Assembly: GCF_006345805.1 (NCBI RefSeq) | Contig: NW_021836747.1 | Location: 1-22,622, forward strand | Direction of reading: 5' to 3' | DNA length: 22,622 nucleotides | Origin: Octopus sinensis | Taxonomy: Eukaryota | Part shown: in pieces, positions 1 to 11,994 of the stretch | How positions within the stretch are numbered: the first letter of the stretch is position 1 | Layout: every line of letters starts with the position of its first letter | The notes under the pieces: generated by a model | The model's input: the letters and a program-made list of their open reading frames with translations, nothing else | What the model was told of the DNA's origin: nothing | Database searches by the model: none | Made by a program: the position numbers and the translations under genes

Positions 1-716
1 CCTATTCAAAACAGTTGCGAAAGTTTTGAGATTCAGAGAATCATCATATAATGTTAATTAACAATTAATCAATGACGGAATTAGTCAGCTAACGATGGTT
101 CAAAGCTGACGAAAAATTCCTGTTTGATTCCCCCCAAAAAAAAAAAGAACTCCAAAAAAAATAAAACACCCGTCGTCGTCCTATTAACCAGTGGTAGTAG
201 TAAAGGGTACAGAGGCAGTGGCGGTGGTGGTGGCGGCAGCGGTGATTCTTGAGAAGAGTTTTAAACGCTGGAATTATTAAGTTAATTGAGTATGAATCCT
301 TAGAGATATGAGAAGCATTTAGGGCATTGAAGGGTTTTTCTTTCCTTATTTTTTTGTCATTCTTATGTTTTCAACTTTTGTCATGTGATTTGCTTTAAGC
401 CCGTAGGATCAGAGGGAGAGTAAGGCGTTAACGAATTGCTGTGAGTCATGTCTCACAGCGATTAGTTAACGTTTTATTCCACCTTCTCAGTTCAAACCAC
501 GCCGAAGCTGGTTTCTGTTGTATGATTTTGATTTTTCTTTTTCTTAGTTCCAGAAGAGTCTCAAGAGATATTGGCTTCAAATTTTGGCACAAGACCAGTA
601 GTTTTAGAGGAGGTGGGGATAGCATATTGCATAGTACTTATTCTATCAATCCAGAAAGAATAAAAGTGGAAGTCGACATCGGTTGAACTTGAACTCAGAA
701 CGCTATAAGTCAAAAA

Positions 717-1183
717 GGATCTTTTCGGTTTGAACGGCAGTTTTTTTAAAATAATTTCCACGTAACTAAACACTTTTAAACTTCGTATACTGGTAGAATG
801 TGTTTATAAAACATCTTTTTCTCTTGGCTTTATTGAGAAAATTCTATAGTTTGTAAGATATTTGTTGTTTTTTTTTTCTTCAATTTCTACAATTTCAACC
901 AATCAATGACGTCTATTGAGTTGAAAACATTCTGTGCCGTATGAATATGTCCCTCGTTTAAGAAACAGATTGGGTTTATTTACATTTGTGAAGAAAAAAA
1001 GATACCCTTTCCCCCACCCCTAACCCTAACCCTAACTAACCCTAACCCTAACTAACCCTAACCCTAACTAACCCTAACCCTAAAACAGATTGAAATGCAA
1101 TAGATCGATACTAGGGTCATAATTATGGGTGATAATTTCATATGACACCGCTAGAAAAACTGCCGTTCAAACCGAAAAGATCC
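717..1183. mobile_element. MITE (non-autonomous DNA transposon) with 29-bp perfect terminal inverted repeats
   Basis: GGATCTTTTCGGTTTGAACGGCAGTTTTT (717-745) is the exact reverse complement of 1155-1183. Flanks gtcaaaaa (709-716) and gtcaaaag (1184-1191) match 7/8, consistent with a target-site duplication. No coding capacity. Confidence 0.9.
1018..1083 (+). repeat. Telomere-like (CCCTAA)n array inside the MITE
   Basis: Nine CCCTAA hexamers interrupted by three CTAA tetramers, 66 bp. Confidence 0.95.
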
Positions 1184-2058
1184 GTCAAAAGAATTTACGC
1201 AACTCAATTTTCCCGACGCTCTAACAATTCTGCCAACTCAGCGCCAACCCTGGTTGCGTTTTCGCAACGCAAAACATGCTACTACTTGTTTTGACATGAA
1301 CTCACCGGGAAACATCTGAGCATACGAAATGTTCAGTAGGTAGTCGACACCCGTCGACACATTTACATTCTGTCCTCTTCCAGATTGTGAAAGCTTACCA
1401 TAACATTTAATTTAAATACAGTGAAATTTTAAGACTTCATTTTTTTTAATGGGCATATATGTGTTATTAAGTGCTTCATAGATAATACAAATAAGTACCT
1501 GTCATGAACTCGGGGATGATTTATCAGGTGACAAACATTTGTGCAAACATTTTCCGAGAAAAGTGTATTTTTCATATATTTTTGAAAAAGTTTCTATTCG
1601 ATGTATAGCTACATTTTTTAGATATATTTTTAATTAATTCCTATTTTTAACTACATTATTTGTATAAATTTTGTTAACAAACATTATTCGTCCATATCAT
1701 GACGTCACGTCCGCTCGAATATGTGTGTGCGTGTATGTGTGTATGCGTGCATGCATGTATATTTATATATGGTGATATGGTGCGTGTATAAATATAAAAT
1801 GAACACACACATTCTCACACACACTCATACACACACACGTACGCATGCACACACTTACGCACGCGCACAGACACAAAAACACATGCGCATACACACACAC
1901 TTACACACACACGCGCGCGCACACTCGTATTAATGATTATTTTTGCGCCAAGTTACATAAAAAAGCAATTTCATAATTAACTGAAAGATTACTCAGTAAT
2001 TTGACAGAGAGGTCACCAGTGAATTTGAAGTTTAATTACTAATAAACAATATACATAC

Positions 2059-2099
<41 letters not shown>

Positions 2100-2396
2100 C
2101 AAAATAAGCAACAAGAATAACTTTGGTAATTTGCTACGACCGTTTCGTACTACATCATTTTATTAAATGTTGTAAGTATTACAACAGTTTTAAAATGCTG
2201 AGTACTCATCAGCCAATTATAGAGGTTTTCCATTAATACAAAAATTTTCATATCAAGTGGCAATATTATAGAGAAGGTAGATATATAGACAAAGATGTGG
2301 ATTTAAATTTTAAGAACATTTGAGGTAGTGGAGCTCATCATATATAAATATGCACGTTTGTAAAGTATGTGCGGGTACATATACACATAAACACAC

Positions 2397-2431
<35 letters not shown>

Positions 2432-2460
2432 ATTGAAATTTATAGAAAAACAAAAGACGA

Positions 2461-2675
2461 AGTCATGGTTTTGGTTTCAGTCCTATCCGCCTAACACCTT
2501 GGGCAAGTGTCTTCCACAATGGCTTCGAATGGACCAAAGCCATTTGTGAGAGATAGATAGATAGTTTCATACATACATACATACATACATACATACATAC
2601 ATACATACATGCATGCATACATACATACATACATACATACATACATACATACATACATACATACATACATGCATA
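2461..2675 (+). mobile_element. SINE fragment followed by (CATA)n microsatellite
   Basis: caccttgggcaagtgtcttc...gaccaaagcc matches the family seen full length at 21298-21713. The tetranucleotide tract follows it. Confidence 0.6.
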
Positions 2676-3197
2676 TATGAGCTGAAGAAAAACTTCTCAG
2701 TACCGTAGTGGTGTGGTGTGTAATTTTTTTCTCACAATGCCGGTCCGTTGCAGAGTCAAGACCGGCAATTCTTGTGGTGAAGAAATCAAGCTGATTTCAT
2801 CGACTCCAGCATTTTACTTTTCGCCTTTAGGTGTGTGTGTGAGGGAGAGAGAGAGAGAAGAGAGTGAGAAAGAGAGATAGAGAGAGATAGAGGGGGTGAA
2901 AGAGAGAGAAATAGGACCTTGGGCAAGTGTCTTTCACCAGTTGCCTGTTCTTGCCGCTAACCATGTAGCCAAAAGTTTCACCATCCTCCGGGCAACGGCC
3001 TTTGAAGATACCTCCAGGACTATCCTAGCAAATAAGAGAAAAGGGAGGAAAAACAAGGAAGTTACAGCCAATTCTGACAAGCTCACCTTCAGTCCTACCA
3101 ATCTCTCTTTATTATTATTGTTGTCTTTAGTCTTGAGGCGTAGGTCCATCTAGCTCAACAGCCGTAGGCCCAACTAGCTCAACAGAGTGCAGCGATA

Positions 3198-3201
3198 GAT
3201 G

Positions 3202-3295
<94 letters not shown>

Positions 3296-3325
3296 TGTGT
3301 CTGAGTGTGTGTTTGTGTGTGTGTG
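3198..3325. repeat. Compound microsatellite (GATA)n(GA)n(GT)n
   Basis: Read directly from the sequence. Confidence 0.95.
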
Positions 3326-4132
3326 TTACTGTGTAATTTTAATTATATATATAATCAGTATTAGGGAAAGAAATTCAAATTGATGTTACAAAGGTTTCCA
3401 TAGACGAACATATTTTATTCTATACCACATATACAGATATGTAACAAATACAATATGAGTAATATACAATAAAATTGGATAAAATTATAATTATTTTTGT
3501 TCGTTCATCTCATCGGACATCATTATTTGACACAATCGACTTAACAAATGAATATGCAATACACGGAGATTTACAAAACGCCATAGGTGTGTTGACTCTA
3601 TTCAAACAGACAAGATGTGTTTCAATGATTCCGAAAGTGGACTACTGTACTGCCCTCTGGGGGAGGTGGAACGTTTAAAGGGCGTTGAAGAAAACTGGGG
3701 TTGAAGAAAATGGTGATCAAAAGGGAGCATTTGTTATCAATGTCCACATACTTTTCTCCAGTTAAAAAAAATAGTGCTTAAAAATCGATCCGTAAAATGT
3801 TGTTCTTGAAGCAAGGACAAAGATCAAAGATTAATTTTTAAAATCCCCGAAAATTTACTGACGAAGGTGGTGTAGAATTCGCTAGTGGATTCCCCCAAAA
3901 GATATATTAGTAAAGAAAAGCAGCATTGACAGCAACAACGTTCACAAGAGTAGCGTAAACAACAATAGTGTGTGTGTGTGTGTGTGTGTGTTAAGAATGT
4001 GATTCATCTTGGTTTCATGTTGAGTCAAGTCAAAGGGCAGCCTCCAGTGAGTATTTTCTAGGGATCCGTTATGGGTACCACTGACCATCTTCTTTGATTC
4101 CAATGGCAAATATGTATGAGTATATATAAATA

Positions 4133-4442
4133 TCACCGTGATCACAGTGACCGACCAGGCTATCAGATGTTGCTACACATCACTGGTCACAATGCGCTTC
4201 GCATTGTTTTAGCCTTCAAATGACGCACCCGCTGACTAAGCGAGCAGGCCACAGAAGAAGAGTGAGAGAAAGTTGTGGGAAAGAGTACAGCAGGATCGCC
4301 ACCCACCCCCCTGCCGGAGCACACCGTGGAACTTTAGGTGTTTTCGCTCAATAAACACTCACACACGCCCGGTCTGGGAATCGAAACCGCGATCCTACGA
4401 CCTCGAGTCCGCTTCCCTAACCACTGGGCTATTGCGCCTCCA
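4133..4442 (-). mobile_element. tRNA-derived SINE, third family, near full length
   Basis: The minus strand starts tggaggcgcaatagcccagtggttagggaagcggactcgaggtcgtaggatcgcggtttcgattcccagacc, with Pol III A box (TAGCCCAGTGG) and B box (GGTTTCGATTCC). A long non-tRNA body follows, so this is not a tRNA gene. Confidence 0.8.
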
Positions 4443-4559
4443 TATATGTAAATATATATATTATATATATATATATATATATAATATTATATATATATAA
4501 TATATATATATTATATATAATTATATATATTATAGATATATAAAATATATATATGTTAA

Positions 4560-4591
<32 letters not shown>

Positions 4592-4659
4592 TATATTATA
4601 TTATTCTATATTCACACATATATACATACTACAGACGACAGACAGACAGACAGACAGAC

Positions 4660-4716
<57 letters not shown>

Positions 4717-4730
4717 TAGATAGATAGATA
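4442..4730. repeat. Degenerate (TA)n followed by (GACA)n(GATA)n
   Basis: Read directly from the sequence. Confidence 0.95.
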
Positions 4731-5122
4731 TAAATAATAAACGCGAAATTCTATTTGAACGCCCGTCCGAGACCTCTGAATCTTAGTCTACATTTGCTCT
4801 ACATAGACATATCTATACCATTCTGGAATCAGGATGATCCCGGGATTGAAAATCTGTCCTTTATTTGGCTCTTGAACAACCAGCATTGGGATCAGCTCTG
4901 GATGAGGATTTGTTATTTGCTACCAGTCGAAAATTCAAATTTCAAAAGAACTCCAAAAATTTGTGGACTTACAAGTTTTTCATTTAAACTGAATTTAAAG
5001 TAACACTATATTGGTAGGGTACCAATAAATGTTTTATTATCATTGTTGTCTTTTGATTTTAGCCGTAGGTCCAACTTGCCCTACGCAGGAGCTAGCTGAA
5101 CAGAGTGCCGCTTTTATATGTT

Positions 5123-5154
<32 letters not shown>

Positions 5155-6149
5155 TGTGTGTATGTGTCTTTTGATATATACATAAACACATTCATTTATG
5201 TATTCATATATATATATATATATATATACAGCATGTATATGCATTCATACGTATATGTATATGTATGTATAGGCGCAAATATTTGTATGCACACACATAC
5301 GTGTATATGTATACAATGTTTATTTGGCGTTCGTGATGAAGCCAGTGGCCATTCTACCAGCCAAAGTTACCAGACTGGAGCAAGTGGAGAAGCGTTCAGC
5401 TAAGACCATAAATCCATAAATACTCACACACACTCGCACATACACACACACACACACATACATATATATATATATCATTTACAACTTTAACTTTAGTTTG
5501 TATTTTTAAGGTAAAGGCAAGAGATTCTTCGCATCTTACAAAATTGGTATTTTGACTTTTGTTGTAAGTAAAAAATGGTTTACAAAAGTTACATATATTT
5601 TGTATATTTTCAACATCAGACAAACTTTGGAATTTGCCTTCGTATATTTGCTTTCAATATAAGCTTGACCTAATAAATGCATATACTGGTTAAAATAACA
5701 GTTATTATAAATATAAATTAGTATATAATTGTTTTCTTTTTAGAATTAGTGGAGCATTGTAAGAAATACACAATGTAACCGTAGTGAAGTTCCAGTTTGG
5801 TTTCATCATGTAAGCAGCCTGATTTATCTAATTTTCGGTGTTTTCGACAATGTTTTCAAATGTATCTTTTAGAATCTTCATCATTACGATTTTTTTTTTT
5901 TAAAGAAGGCATTAAATTACATATTTGTCGGATTTACAGAATAATTGTCTTGATTAAATCGAAATTTCTCGAAATTTTTCATCGTTTTTCCACACTTTTA
6001 AAGTGTTCTTTTTTTTGGTGGTTTTCGCCATGTCGTATTCCACATTTTAAAACACTTGTAATTTTATTTTTACAGAAAAAAATTTGGAAAAGCTATCATT
6101 CATGAATCAGAATTGACTCTGTTTTTTTTTTTGAGCGGGGAAGTGTAAG

Positions 6150-6583
6150 AACGAAATACTAGGAATTTTTATTGCTAAAGGAGACTTCTGACTTCTACTC
6201 TGCACTGAGAAACAAAGTTAAGATGTACGTTGTTGTCTTCTCAATGCCATATTCAGAGGAGCAGGGCTTCAATACAGCTGCCCAGCTTCTTTCTAAGCGA
6301 AGTAAAACCACAATGAAAACTAGTGAATGTGGGGACCTAAGACTACTTCTTAGTATTTTTCGACCTGATGTTGAGAAGCCGATATCCTTGCACAAAGAAC
6401 ATCAATCGCATGAAGAATATGAGAAGAACGTAGGCACAGATGGGATGTAGATTTTCTCTTTCATATTGTTAAAACAAAATAATAGATTAACTAGGTTAAA
6501 TTTTATTTGTGAAATACAGTTGTTTTGAATTTGCAGTAGAAAAAGATCTATGTTTATGGTAATGTGGTGTGTGTGTGTGTGTA

Positions 6584-6614
<31 letters not shown>

Positions 6615-6708
6615 ATCTCTGTGTGTGTATGTGTGTGGTGAGGGGAGCGCTCGCAATGTGACCTGGGAGCCAAGGTGGCGGCAGTCCGATGAAGTTTGAG
6701 AACCACTG
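6150..6708 (+). mobile_element. 3' end remnant of a hAT (Buster/SPIN/Charlie-like) DNA transposon
   Basis: The frame reads ...ALRNKVKMYVVVFSMPYSEEQGFNTAAQLLSKRSK...GDLRLLLSIFRPDVEKPISLHKEHQSH, resembling the hAT dimerisation-domain C-terminus (S..ERGFS...GDLRL.L....P.......HQ.H.SH). Right terminus gtttgagaaccactg (6694-6708; reverse complement CAGTGGTTCTCAAAC) is followed by atgTAgat, fitting the Buster nnnTAnnn target. No left TIR found. Confidence 0.75.
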
Positions 6709-6901
6709 ATGTAGATAATCAACCATGAGCGAATTTCTTAGCGTTTTTGAAATATCAAAAGGATATTTGCTAACTGACCGAGAGAAAATTTCTGTTAACT
6801 GAATATTATGCTAACCAGGTTCTTACATGAAGTGCTAACGAGGTGATAACCTGGATTATAAGTTATTACCTCAAAATCTACACACATACACACACGCACA
6901 C

Positions 6902-6955
<54 letters not shown>

Positions 6956-7304
6956 CAACAACAACAACAACAACAACAATAATAATAATAATAATAATAA
7001 TACAATAATAATAATAGTAATAATAATAATAGTAAGAAAAAGACAAGAAGAAAAGAAGAAGAAGAATTGGAAGAAGAAGAAGAAGAAGAAGAAGAGAAGA
7101 AGAGAAAAGAAGAAGAAGAATAAGAAGAAGAATAAAGAAGAGAAGAAGATAAGAATTGGAAGAAGAAGAAAAGAAGAAGAAGAAGAAGAAGAAGAAGATA
7201 ATTGGAAGAAGAAGAAAAGAAGAAGAAGAAGAAAGAAGAAGAAGAAGAGAAGAAGAAGAAGAGAAGAAGAAAAATTATTGGGGAAGAAAAGAAGAAAAGA
7301 AGAA
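6902..7304. repeat. Compound (AAT)n/(AAC)n then degenerate (GAA)n tract
   Basis: Read directly from the sequence. It explains several homopolymer-peptide ORFs in the track. Confidence 0.95.
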
Positions 7305-7307
7305 ATG

Positions 7308-7865
7308 GTTTCATTTATTTGCCACAAGGGTGAAGGATGAGGGGTTTACATATAATGAAATGACTATAAAAATGTTTATACGGTATACACTGAAAAAGAA
7401 GGGACATATACAATCATATAAATGTTAAAAAAAAAGTGGCGGGTAAGTTGATAGAGATGTGGCCCTCTTGATACAGGAAGGCCTCTAGGAATAATCGAGG
7501 AACCCCGCTGTCCGAGATTTCCCTAAAACCCCAAGATCAAGTGTCCTCTCCAGTTCCTTCTTTCCGACTCACAGGTCTGCACTTAAAGAACTACCGTCCA
7601 CTCTTGCCCTTTTCGCAACTTTCACCCACCTTTCAATAAACTCACTCGCGGACAGCACTGACCTCTCCACTCAGTTTCCTTTTCAAGTGAAACTTGAAGA
7701 AGTCAATGAGAGCTCTACCAAAGAGTGATGTATCTGTCCTCATGCCTTTCAGCCTTGTCCATCAAACAACCTCTCTCGCCAGACAAAAGAAAACTGCCTT
7801 GCCTGTCCGATTAAAGGATGGCATTTTGTCTGGCATGCTAACAATTCTACCAGCTTGCCACCTTG
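7308..7865 (-). mobile_element. 5'-truncated Tx1-like (L1 group) non-LTR retrotransposon 3' end, older copy
   Basis: The minus strand gives GKAVFFCLAREVV*WTRLKGMRTDTSLFGRALIDFFKFHLKRKL..., homologous to the copy at 8150-9160. It ends CCCTTGTGGCAAATAAA. One internal stop and a frameshift are present. Confidence 0.8.
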
Positions 7866-8149
7866 ATAATAATAATAATAATAATAATAATAATCATGGG
7901 AACTGCTCATATCCTACGCAAAATACTTTCTATGTAATCTCAGGATTTAAAACAAACATAATTTTCGTTTTTTTTTGGGGGGGGGCATTCACTAGTTCAA
8001 CACCAAAAAATAAACCCAAATATATGGTACACTAGGCATAACAACATGAACTTCCAACCTGTTGTCTCTTGAGGTCTCTGGGTGAGACTTGGAGCCAACT
8101 TGTACAAATATAAAGCAAAAGTCAAACATAGAATAATAATAATAATAAT

Positions 8150-9160
8150 CAATTCTTTTTTATTGGCCACAAGGGCTGACACGCATGATTACATAAAGGG
8201 ACAAGACAGGACGAAAGGTTACAAAGGGTTTTGCCGTTTTTTTAAAAACATCGAGTGTAAAAATTTATAACAACTTATAAAATTCAACAATGAAAAACTC
8301 CCAAAAGGGGGAGACGTCTCGAAAGGTTCCTGGTGGAAAAAACCCTACAAAAGCCAACGGGAGCCTGGTCAAAAAAGGGGGTGTAGAGAGTCCCCTTTCT
8401 TCTCCTTTTACATTACCTTTTTCTTTGAAATCACAGGCGAAACCTGAGAACTGGTCCATTTATACAGGCCAGTCTCGCACAATTCACCCACCTTTCATAA
8501 AACTTGCTATCGGACAGCACTTTCCTCTCTAACCTCATCTTCCTTTTCAAGTGTGAAACTTGAAAAAGTTGATGAGGCCTTGACCAAAGAGGAAAGTGTC
8601 TGTCTTTAGCCCTTTCAAACGAGTCCACCACACGACCTCTTTCGCCACAGCCACTAGGCACAAGAAAACGGCCTCGCCCTCCTTGTTAAAGGAGGTCGGC
8701 GGGGCAATCTCCACTATGGATTCGGCCGATAGTCGGATCCGTCCTACACGTGACAGTAGCTGTTCGACATAAACCCATATTTCAGCAATACTCGGGCACT
8801 GAACGAGTGCGTGCAGAACGGTTTCGTCGTCCTGGCAACACCTCGGGCAGGCCCGGCTGACGGCACTTCCGTGCCGGTAGAGTTTATCTCGAACAGGCAG
8901 AGCCCCTCGGTAGCACTGCCAAGCGAGAGACCTCTGGAATTATCCATCGGCCCCGGCCCGAAAGTCCTCCCGAACAGACCGCACAGTTCGTCATCTTCAA
9001 CGCCTAGAGTTTCCCCGAGAACGTCGTCGCATTTTTCCTCCACTAACCCTCTATAGAACGCTAGAGTGGAGCTGTAACCGACCGCATTGCCCGCCTGGCG
9101 GAGGGCGGAGAGGGCTTGACGGCACTCGAGGTGCCAAGCGCCCTTTCTCGGTCTACGTTT
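8150..9160 (-). mobile_element. 5'-truncated Tx1-like non-LTR retrotransposon 3' end with ORF2 C-terminal zinc knuckle
   Basis: With one frameshift near 8937 the minus strand reads ...FGRTFGPGPMDN/QRSLAWQCYRGALPVRDKLYRHGSAVSRACPRCCQDDETVLHALVQCPSIAEIW...AKEVVWWTRLKG...FFKFHLKRKMRLER...ERW...RL*. The CxxC-x7-H-x4-C motif is typical of L1/Tx1 ORF2. The 3' UTR ends CCCTTGTGGCCAATAAAAAAAG. (AAT)n flanks both sides. Confidence 0.85.
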
Positions 9161-9161
9161 G

Positions 9162-9223
<62 letters not shown>
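9161..9223. repeat. (AAT)n, about 20 perfect units
   Basis: Read directly from the sequence. It abuts the 5' truncation point of the Tx1-like copy. Confidence 0.95.
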
Positions 9224-9226
<3 letters not shown>

Positions 9227-9474
9227 GGTTACAAATTTTTCTTGTAGTTGTTTCTGTTTTTTTTGTTTTTGACTAAGTTATGAAATTTAACATGGTATTT
9301 GAAGAAAGGAAATAGCTAACTAACTATGAAAGGAAATAAGAAACGTTCCTGCATGCATTAGTGAGTGCAAATGGTATTATGCGTAGCGGAAAGCGAAACT
9401 GATTCGGTGAAATCATAGAAGCCGTCTAGCAACACTCGTGACTGATACCACGTGATATGTGTGTGTGTGTGTGT

Positions 9475-9506
<32 letters not shown>

Positions 9507-9517
9507 AGGTGTGTGTG

Positions 9518-9672
9518 TAGGTGCAGACGTAGTCGTGTGGTTAAGGTGGTCGCCACGTGGTTTTGGGTGCGAATCCACTTCGGAGAAAACTGGGTAAGTA
9601 CCACCTACAGTGGCCTTGTTCTGAAAAGCTTTTTGTGAGGAAAATTTAATGGGTGGAAACTATTCAGAACCC

Positions 9673-9675
<3 letters not shown>
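9518..9675 (+). mobile_element. Diverged SINE head (family of 21298-21713)
   Basis: gcagacgtagtcgtgtggttaag...ccacgtggttttgggtgcgaatccact... follows the layout of that family's tRNA-like head and ends in (GT)n. Confidence 0.5.
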
Positions 9676-9734
<59 letters not shown>

Positions 9735-10198
9735 GTACACACAAAGACACACACACTCACACGTCATTGTTCAGTGTCTCAAATCGGAAGGGCGAGATTT
9801 GAGAGCGACCCGACTGCTATTTATGACAGCCCTGTGCCCTCGTAGGGCTTGTTGGTGGATTGTTATGTCCTTCTTTTGAGTGGCAAGGTATGATAGATTA
9901 ATCCTCTCCAACAACCCCGTTACTAAGCACTATCTCCAGCCCTTTCTTCGCAGACCGTCGGCTTTCTAGAATTCCCCTCGTTGCTCATGTATTTTCTGCA
10001 GCTGTTGACAGTTACAAAGGTTATTACTGGCATCTGTCAGTGAGACATAAACGAAACTTGGCACAAAAAGTTTGATAGAAAACAACGGCATCGATTCTGA
10101 AAGGGTTCAAGCAAAGATTCACGCACTGACCAGAGATTTTGTGTAACAGAAAATGTGTCAAAGAACAACTAATCTTAGAATACATGAAAGCTCTGGTA

Positions 10199-10417
10199 AA
10201 GGCGGCGAGCTGGCAGAAACGTTAGCACGCCGAGCGAAATGCTTAGCTACGTTCTGAGTTCAAATTCCACCGAGGGTTGACTTTGCCTTTCACCCTTTCG
10301 GGGTCTATTAAATAAGTACCAGTTACGCATTGGGTCGATATAATCGACTTAATCCGTGTGTCTTTCCTTGTTTGTCCCCTCTGTGTGTAGCCCCTTGTGG
10401 GTAGTAAAGAAATAGGT
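10199..10417 (+). mobile_element. tRNA-derived SINE, well preserved
   Basis: Head ggcggcgagctggcagaaacgttagcacgccg, B box gttcaaattcc, body with aaataagtaccagttacgcattgggtcgatataatcgactt. Related partial copies occur at about 570-1243, 12641, 14170 and 21085. Confidence 0.8.
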
Positions 10418-10959
10418 AATTTTCATCACCAGAAAGAGAAGACAAATTCAAGAAAATTAGATACTTTGTATTCTTGAGGAATATTGATAATAAAACATTT
10501 GTTATATATACATGGACATTTAGAGGAACGGAAATACGAAGTCAGAACGTTCATACTCTTTTATATTGCAAGTTTTGGTGGCCTTATTCCCACAAAGCAC
10601 CAAGCTTGTATTTCTATTAGACCTGCGAAAAGATGAATTCTTCAAGCCAATGCAACTGGCAAGAGACCTAGGGGTTAGGGTCTCCTGCCAGATCGAGATG
10701 GTTGGATAATATTACACTTGGGAATCCAAGTTTCACCACGGTAGCTTCAGTTTGGACTGCATAGAGGAAGTGCTTCATAATGCTACCCGAACGACCCTCT
10801 CAGGAATAGCGGTAAAGATGGATGGATGAAGGTTCATGCTTTGGACATGGGTGTCAGTTGAGAACATATGGAACTAAAATTCCTGCAAATAGTTATCAAC
10901 TAAAAATTAAGCATCACCTGCCAATCATACCCTTAAAATAGTGTTGTTGCTTTTGAATA

Positions 10960-11244
10960 GCTAAAACAATCCCATATTCAAAAGAAGGGTAAATTTGTGA
11001 CTTCTAACTTCACTTTACTTTTCTTCTGCTTGATGCTAATGCTATTAGCAAACATGATATATTAGACTGGATATAGACACAAGTAAAATCAACTGTCTTC
11101 TTTATTTAGATGACTCCCAAGTGGTTCACCGCAGATGGCAAACAACTGGTAACCCTGTTACGTACTGTGCATGGATTCAGTAGTGGAATTGGCACGAAAG
11201 TTGGGTTGGAAAAATTCGCTACGTTCGTCTTGAACAAAAGAAAC
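10960..11244 (+). pseudogene. Degenerate reverse-transcriptase fragment of a non-LTR retrotransposon (R4/Dong/NeSL-like wording)
   Basis: From 11085: KINCLLYLDD(S, frameshift)KWFTADGKQLVTLLRTVHGFSSGIGTKVGLEKFATFVLNK, matching the ..HLL(Y/F)MDDLKLY...L...V..FS..IGM.FGLEKCA pattern. YxDD lies at 11103-11114. The clade call is from motif memory only. Confidence 0.65.
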
Positions 11245-11994
11245 CAATAATACAGAATAATATCATACATAGATTTAATAGAGCGAATGTGGAGGCAGAA
11301 TTAGGCCTATGAGAGACAAATATTTAGGAATTAATGAAAATGCATACAAATGAAAGTACACACATGCATACACATACACGTACGTGTACACACACACACA
11401 CACACACACACTCACACACACACGCATATACATACAGACATACATGTGTGTGTGCGCGCGCGTGTGTATAAGTAAAAAGCATTTATGATCTCCAAAGATA
11501 AATTCATGTACATATCAGTGTGGTGAACAAAGTTAAAAGCAACAGAACGATAGTTGACGAGGAAACAACCAGGAAGAACTTATTGAATTATTTTTAAATG
11601 TCTAAAAATTAAAAAGAAAGATAATATCCTGTCTGCTTTTCTTATCTTTAAATTAGATGTATAACAAAATACATACTTTATGCAATACACGAACATGTAA
11701 AAAAAAGAAAACATCACGCACTCTATTGAACTATTTATTTCATTTAATCTGATGGTAAGTGTGTTACTGAGGAAAATAACAGCCATTGCAGAGTTCTTTT
11801 CTGAAGTGATTAAGCTGGCACTAGAAAAGGTTGTTGCAATATATAGCATCCCATAAGTTACATGTTGTCTTCCCCCTCACTCACTCGAAGAGAAAAATAG
11901 TGACTATATCCAGAGGCCTATTTATGAGTATTAGAGAGAAGGCAGATTATGACAGGATTGCGAAAAACTCTAAAAGTCATAAATAAAAAACATA

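Larger units (their letters stand above)
570..1243 (-). mobile_element. Old diverged SINE copy (about 570-716 and 1184-1243) split by the MITE at 717-1183
   Basis: The left part (agtcgacatcggttgaacttgaactcagaacg) and right part (ccgacgctctaacaattctgccaactcagcgcc) match consecutive segments of the reverse complement of the SINE at 10199-10417. Confidence 0.6.

Noticed and set aside
1018-1083. True telomere or chromosome end
   Set aside because: Only 66 bp, interrupted, and enclosed by MITE TIRs.
1700-1710. Isolated CRE TGACGTCA
   Set aside because: A single 8-mer without supporting context is within chance for the window size.
3585-3665. TLFK...MIPKVDYCTALW, reminiscent of a CR1/L2 ORF2 C-terminal LDYCSxLW motif
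   Set aside because: The match is too short and degenerate to call without a profile search.
4365-4442. tRNA gene
   Set aside because: A and B boxes are present, but the sequence continues into a 230-bp SINE body and no clean acceptor stem is evident.
6795-7428. Overlapping 83-149 aa ORFs
   Set aside because: They are direct translations of (AAT)n/(GAA)n microsatellites.
8744-9056. 99-aa and 81-aa ORFs as host genes
   Set aside because: Both are explained by the frameshifted Tx1-like ORF2 and its antisense frame.
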